Origin: Octopus sinensis
Taxonomy: Eukaryota
Reading direction: 5' to 3'
Assembly (NCBI RefSeq): GCF_006345805.1
Contig: NC_042997.1
Coordinates: 121,210,001-121,274,000, forward strand
Length of the DNA: 64,000 bases
A model generated the notes under the pieces. It searched no databases. It was not told where the DNA came from and saw nothing but the letters and a program-made list of their open reading frames with translations. A program made the position numbers and the translations under genes. Positions 57,077-64,000 of this stretch are shown here, piece by piece (the first letter of the stretch is position 1; each line of letters starts with the position of its first letter).

Positions 57077-57245
57077 ATATGCACATACACGACGGGCTTA
57101 TTTCAGTTTCCGTCTTCCAAATCCACTCACAAGGCCTTGGTCAGCCTGTGGCTATAACAGAAGACACTTGCCCAAGATGCCACGCAGTTGGACTGAACCC
57201 GGAAACATGTGGTTGGGAAGCAAACATTTTGCCACACAACCACTC
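56790..57245 (-). mobile_element. SINE family A
   Basis: Full minus-strand copy with internal (TA)n. Confidence 0.8.
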
Positions 57246-60200
57246 CTGCACTCACATGTGTGTGTGTGTGTGTGTATGTGTGTGCGTGCGTATGTCTTTT
57301 TACCTGTGTTTGTGCTCCACTAAACTTGGCAACCGGTGTTAGTGTGTTTACGCCCCAATAACGTAGCGGTTTAGCAAAAGAGAATAAGTACGAGGCTTTA
57401 TAAAAGTATGTGCTGGGTCGATTCGTACGTTTAAATTTATTCAGGACCCAGCCCCTGTATGATCACAGTCTAACGACTGAAATAAGTAAATTATGTGCTA
57501 TAATATTTATTTTGTTCATTGTGAAAATCGCAGCTATCTTCTCTTTCATGATTGTAGCCACACTACAGTGAGATCGTAACTTTAAGACAGATAAAACCTG
57601 ATCCATGATACGTATGATTAAAGACATGTCGGGTTTGACTGTCTTATCGTTTAAGTAGTTATATTTACGACTGCATTACATAATACCTCCAACCCTACTT
57701 TAAGAAAGTGGGTGGCTAGACTGCTATATTTTCATTTATCCATATTTATTTTCTATATTCATCGACCAAGGTAAGACATACTTGTTAGCTTTGTAAGATT
57801 TATTCATGACGTCGAATATCGCCAAATGAGAATTATAAAGCGTATGTCCGGCATACAGTCAATGACAACAAAAAGGTTTGTTAGTTATAGTGAAAATAAC
57901 CCCACCCCCTATGCTATTGGTTTCGCTCTTATTTCTGTTAGTGGTTGTGGTTAGCATTGCAATCGTTTTTGTAGTTTCTTCTCGTTTGCTATTTCTGATA
58001 CTGCTGTTTTTCGTTGACAAAGCAACAGCAAAGTATAGGTTGGTATTGTTGCCTTTGACGACGATGAAAATTAAGCTGTTGCCGGCTGGGATTTTGTCGC
58101 TCATGACGAGAAGGAAAGACTTTTCTTTTTAGCTTTCTAATTGATACCTGCATTATTTATTTTTGACAATTAAGAAAATCATCTCTTCGGTTGCAAAGTA
58201 TTAAACAAGAAGGAATTAGCTAATACGGTCAATCGAGTGGATTGATTGTAATACAGCACTTTCCAGTTAATATGGTAGATGATAATATCTAGATCGACAT
58301 GCAAAGTTATTCATCAGCATTTCCTTGCTCTAAATACGGTATATCCATGATTAACAAAAGGTTAGTAAATTTAGATAAAACAGTTAAACAAATTCCACGT
58401 ATGATAAAATCAATACAATGTAGTATGTAAAAAACATATTGGTACAATGAGATAAGAAAGTACTTAATGCGAAAGAGAACGATATAGGCCATAGTTTCAT
58501 AGTATAGTGAATAATTTGTTGTGTCGCACAATGAATAGAACCTTCTACAGACATGCACGATAAAGCATATTTCTTGCATTTTTAATCCTGGGAATTTCTG
58601 CACATTTCTTTTCGTTAAAAAATTTGCTGAAACTGAGAGATATTTTCTCTGGTAGTGAATTTCCATGTACAGAACTAGCCTTGACGGCTGCTATACGCTA
58701 AAAAATACCATACAAAAGATAAAATGCAGCCACGTGAGAACTTATTGGACATAGGCTTCTGGACACTGTGTGTATTGTGTATAGCATGATAAATGTATCA
58801 CAAATAGATGTCTAGCTGGCAAAACGGCCTTCAATATATTTCTGCTGTGATTCAAACAATTTCTAAAACACTATCTGCTGTGTGGATAAATGTTTTTCGT
58901 CTGGATTTCCCTATTGAATGCTTATCAACAAAACTTCCCGTACATGTATTTTCAAAGACGGTAGAGTTTTCACCCAAGAAACCAGCTTCGAGCAACGAGA
59001 CATCCACTCATTGTTCAAATACCACCATGTTTTCTGAGAATTAAGATGTATCAATTACGCAATGTTTATATAATTAAATTCCTGTATGTGATATATGACA
59101 CACACACATGCACAAATAAAATCGCGTATATATGCGCATAAGTGTATACCGACACACACGCACACACACACACGCGCACACACACACAGACACTCACACA
59201 CACACACACACACACACGCACATAGACACTCACACATATATATATATATATACGTGTGATTATATATATATATATATATATATATATTTCAACAACATTG
59301 AGGAACGGCCCCGATAGGCCATTCGACCCACTAGAAAGAGCAGCCAAGACTCAAACCGCTAAATAGTAGTAATTCAGAAATTAAAGGAAAATTAAAAAAC
59401 ATTTACCCTATTTATCTTTAGACAATGCATTGTTTCGACGTTCTTTATGGCAAACCAGCCTAATTAAATTAAATTTAATTTAATCAAGTCAATCTACCAA
59501 ATCGGAAAAGAAGCCAGGAGGAATAGATATACACGAGGCAGCAGCATTTGTGCCTCGGGAATATATACCCTAAATTTTCAAAACCACCGTAATCGCGCCA
59601 ACTTATCAGCAGCAAATATAAACTGCTGTTTAACAATTATATATCCGCTGCATCGGAAATCTCCAATGGCTCCATAACTACCGTCTCGGCTATGACCTTG
59701 GAGCCCCAGTAATCCGTTACATCACTTACCTGACATGCCTAATGGTTTAGACCACCTGTGAACTAAACCCCCATATTTTGTATAAATAGATAGATAGATA
59801 GATACATACATACATACATACATACATACATACATACATACATACATACATACATACATGCATACATATTTGCAGATAATTTAAATGCATTTAAAATAAC
59901 GTGTTTCATTTTAAAGCTGATATTAGTGATCCTGAAAGCAATAGCTACTGTCTTGCTATTAATTGATATTACTTTCTTTGAGGATAACCTATGTATTTCA
60001 ATTGATTTTATATTTATTCTCTTGTGTAAATTAGTATTGTGAACGGTTTTGTCTTATGTACAACTAAAAATATAAACATATTCAATCTCCTATTAAAATC
60101 CTATTTGCGAAACCTTAGTAATTTCGTGATCGTAATCAACATATTACTTCTGTTCAATGTACTTTGCAGTCATCATTGACGTTTTACATACGTACATATA

Positions 60201-60387
60201 TATGTATGCGTGTGTGTGTGTGTGTATGTGTGTAAGTACCATTATTTATACCACGTTGTATACACACATGACCACACACATATATACATGTAATATATAA
60301 CCATCTAAATTCTCTTCTAACTTATAAATGCTCATACACATACGCAGATGTAAACAGATATAAACGCTAACATAATTGTGTGTGTAA

Positions 60388-60432
<45 letters not shown>

Positions 60433-61345
60433 AAGAGATTAATTCTTATTTCAATCACCATATTATTTTATCTAATAGTAGATCTTAATAATTGGATATT
60501 CTCTACATTTCTGGCAAATGTATTCCATCATTCGTATGCTTGTTATGAGAGGATACTTAGCCTCACAAATATTTTGCAGTCTGACTGCAAAATGTTTTTG
60601 AATCTAAGTAGATGATAACCTTACATATTTCAGATAATTATGGCAAAAAAAATCCTAATGTATGCAATTCAAAATTGTAAACGTTTATTAGAAAATTCGT
60701 ATAAAAGTTCGAGAGAAGAAATAATTATTTAGGTTACAATGTATTTGTAAGACCACGTTCTCTTTCACTCATGGTGCTGACTCTGTTGTTCATGTGGAGT
60801 GTCCCAGATTTACCGATGTTTGTGAATGTAGCAGTAAGGTATTCTCAGAGAGGAGAGATACATATTCATGTGTTGTCTATTCAGAAGCCATCAGCTAAGC
60901 AGAAATGGATTTTTTTCTGGGGCTGATATTAAAAATTGCTGGTTGTTCAGTCGTTCGTAGCAACTAAGAATCTCACGTTTCGTTTGAACGTTTGACAGTG
61001 AGAGTCCTCCAGAGAATAGCGTATAAAATACACGTTCATTATAATGTTCTCCTTGTATTTTAACCTATACCAGTAGAACACACCCAGCAAGTATGATTTG
61101 ATATCATGCATTTATAAGAATTTCAATGTGAAATAGTTAAAAAATAAATATCTCTTCGATGTAATTGGAAACAACATACTACGTTTTAGATTATATGACT
61201 TTTCAATGAGGAATTATAATAACGAATTTCAATATCAGAGAAGCTTTCGCATTGCCGCACTTCAAAGCATTAGCTTGATATGACAGACTACCACGGGTGA
61301 AAGTCCGTTTTATTGAGAAATTCAGAAAATATTTATTTGAATGTA

Positions 61346-61744
61346 TACTCTTTTACTTGTTTCAGTCATTTGACTGTGGCCATGCTGGAGCACCGCATTT
61401 AATCGAGCAAATCGACCCCAGGACTTATACTTTATAAGACTAATACTTATTCTATCAGTCTCTTATGCCGAACCGCTAAGTTACGAGGACATCGATGACA
61501 AGCGATGTTGGAACACACGCAAACACAAGCACAAACAAACAAACACACACACACAAACACACACATATATATATATATATATACGACGGGCTTCTTTTGG
61601 TTTCCGTCTGCCACATCCACTCACAAGCCTTTGGTCGACCCGAGGTTATAGTAAAAGATACTTGCCCAAGGTACCGCGCAGTGGGACTGAACCTAGAACC
61701 ATGTGGTTGGATAGCAAGCTAATCACCACACAGCCACTCCTGCA
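61346..61744 (-). mobile_element. SINE family A
   Basis: Full minus-strand copy. Confidence 0.85.
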
Positions 61745-62836
61745 CCTATAGTCAGATAGCATGCTGGAAATATCAGAAAACTTTATATCGTTAACCTTAA
61801 TGTTTTCTACGTCGGAGCAGGTCTCCAATACAAAGAGACAAATATAGCAAAATATAGCAAAATTGATTTATGGTAATTTTGCTAATAACAAAAAAAAAGA
61901 AAACGAGTTTGAAAGTACATCAATAAACATGTTATATATGTTTCCTACACTATAGAAACATGGAGACATATGTTCCCGTTACACAATAAAAATATATGCA
62001 AGCGTAAGTCTATACAAATGTATTGCCTAAAAGTTACTGTAACTTCTTAAAATTTTACAAAGACAGCCTTTAAGAATGTGGTCGGTGGAAAACACCGGAT
62101 GCTGCTATTCTATACCTGAGCATTGATACTTCCATTTTAAGGTTATAAAGAAGGCTTTCAGTTGGCTAATCGTTCCCCATTGGATGTTCACTCTACTCTT
62201 TAAAGATTACTTTCTAAAGAGAGACAAAGAAGACAAAGGTTCTCCACCTTTCTACAGATTACACCCTTCTCAATATGAATCAGCAATAACTACGTTACTT
62301 TTCGTGATTTGAAATATCAAGTGAAAGTAAGCCTTAAAGAGAAATCAATGAAAATCAATTTTTAATTTTTTTTTTACTTATTTTAATAACCGTGAAGGCA
62401 CATCAGCACATAGATTTATAGTTGCAAGATGTCACACAGTTTGTTTTTTTTTATTTTGTGGGTGAGAAATTTCAAATAATGCATTTACTATTACAAACTC
62501 TTCATAGCTGCTACTCATGTAGGCAAAATTACAACACCACTCACTCACAATCATGTTTGTGCATATCTATGTGTGTGTGTGTGTGTGTGTGTGCGTGTGT
62601 GTGTGTGTGCGCGTGTGTGTGTGTGTGTGTGTGCGTGTGTGTGTGTGTGTGTGTGTGCTTGATCACTAAATCCTCACCTTTTATTCTCTGTCTGTTTATT
62701 TTATCTTATTCCTTTCTGTTGAAGCGATTACGATCGAAACGTAAAAGACTTGTTTTCCTTTAATATACAAACTAATATACATTCTAGTTGTTCATACACC
62801 AGTCTTCGTCTTGCGTGTTTCTATAAATTTCCACCG

Positions 62837-62874
<38 letters not shown>

Positions 62875-62901
62875 CAGAGAGAGAGAGAGAGAGAGAGAGT
62901 C

Positions 62902-62967
<66 letters not shown>

Positions 62968-62989
62968 TAAGATGAATAAATAGATAGAC

Positions 62990-63080
<91 letters not shown>

Positions 63081-63708
63081 AGGATAGATACATAGATACA
63101 TACATAGATACATACATAAGAACGCGTTTTTCGTTGCAAACATTGGCAAAACATACCTTTGGTTCCTATAAATAATTTCTACCAATCTATAAAATGTAAC
63201 CTTTAAATGTCTCCTTGCATTTAATTTACCCTAAATATATCTATTTCCACACCTTTAAGCTTCATCCCCATCCATCTATCGCACTACACTTCTCAACTCT
63301 TGTTTCTTCTGCTATTTTCTTTCTTTCTCCTTCTATTTCTCTGAATTGCATTTGACGTTAAATCTATTATTAACGGTTTATTTTTTTTTTCAAATAACTT
63401 ACCAGCTTTCCGTTCATCGTATACGCAGTCATCACATTCGGTTAAAATGGCTTATTTATGTGTTTTGTTTCTCTTTTTTCCCCAGACGGGAAGATATGTC
63501 GGAAGTATAAAGATTTGAATAACACCTGCGTTTAACCCCATTTCTTTCTTTATCTGTTATACAAAAACATTTCACTAAACACTGGGATTTCTTCCTTTAT
63601 AAATAAGCTATAACATCCTTGGCACTCATGAGAACTTTTTGCTACCTCAGTAACTATTTATTTATTTATTCGTGTTACTTGTACACATTGATAAAATACA
63701 CATACATT

Positions 63709-63809
<101 letters not shown>

Positions 63810-64000
63810 GTGTGTGTGTGTGTGGTGTGTGTGTGTGTATATGCATGTAAGCAATGATATGGGAGCATTTAGTATCCGGGAGACCCAAAATGGAGTAAGG
63901 CTATGTAAGTGCAACGGAAGGACCGTAGTTACATTTCCGCTTCAATAATAGTATGAGTGAAGAGTATAATACTGGTCGTGTGTGAGCAGAATTTTCACGC

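Noticed and set aside
57860-58135. Opposing ORFs of about 80 aa in unique-looking sequence
   Set aside because: Low-complexity composition, no recognisable domain and no convincing splice sites.
58800-59045. Minus-strand WWYLNNEWMSRCSKLVSWVK... resembling a MULE/SWIM-type transposase relic
   Set aside because: Too short and degenerate to support.
59415-59445. Minus-strand GAAA-caatgcattg-UC with a long palindromic stem III
   Set aside because: No CUGANGA core or matching stem I and II strands were found upstream.

Overview
AT-rich, microsatellite-dense eukaryotic non-coding DNA. It is most likely from an octopus or another cephalopod, inferred from the recurring tRNA-derived SINEs with internal (TA)n(TG)n tracts. 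I cannot support any host protein-coding gene; almost all listed ORFs are microsatellite artefacts. The window is a transposon graveyard: a full-length but broken Tc1 (DD34E), a mariner, a maT (DD37D) fragment, a Helitron fragment, a CR1-like LINE, a long intact RTE RT ORF, several R4/Dong-like RLE fragments next to (TAA)n, a Penelope RT/GIY-YIG fragment and many SINEs. The main result is a 535-bp non-coding unit at 45.8-48.1 kb, present in tandem and then inverted. Each full unit carries a complete type I hammerhead ribozyme fold (CUGACGA core, GAAA, palindromic stem III, GUC site, 13-position stem I), which looks like a retrozyme or Penelope pLTR-derived element. The same fold-back layout (3' ends pointing outward, embedded in (TA)n) recurs at about 1.6, 5.3, 30.8, 33.2, 42.4 and 56.5 kb in several sequence families, four of them with further intact or degenerate hammerhead folds. 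All folds were identified by eye; none has been tested for activity.
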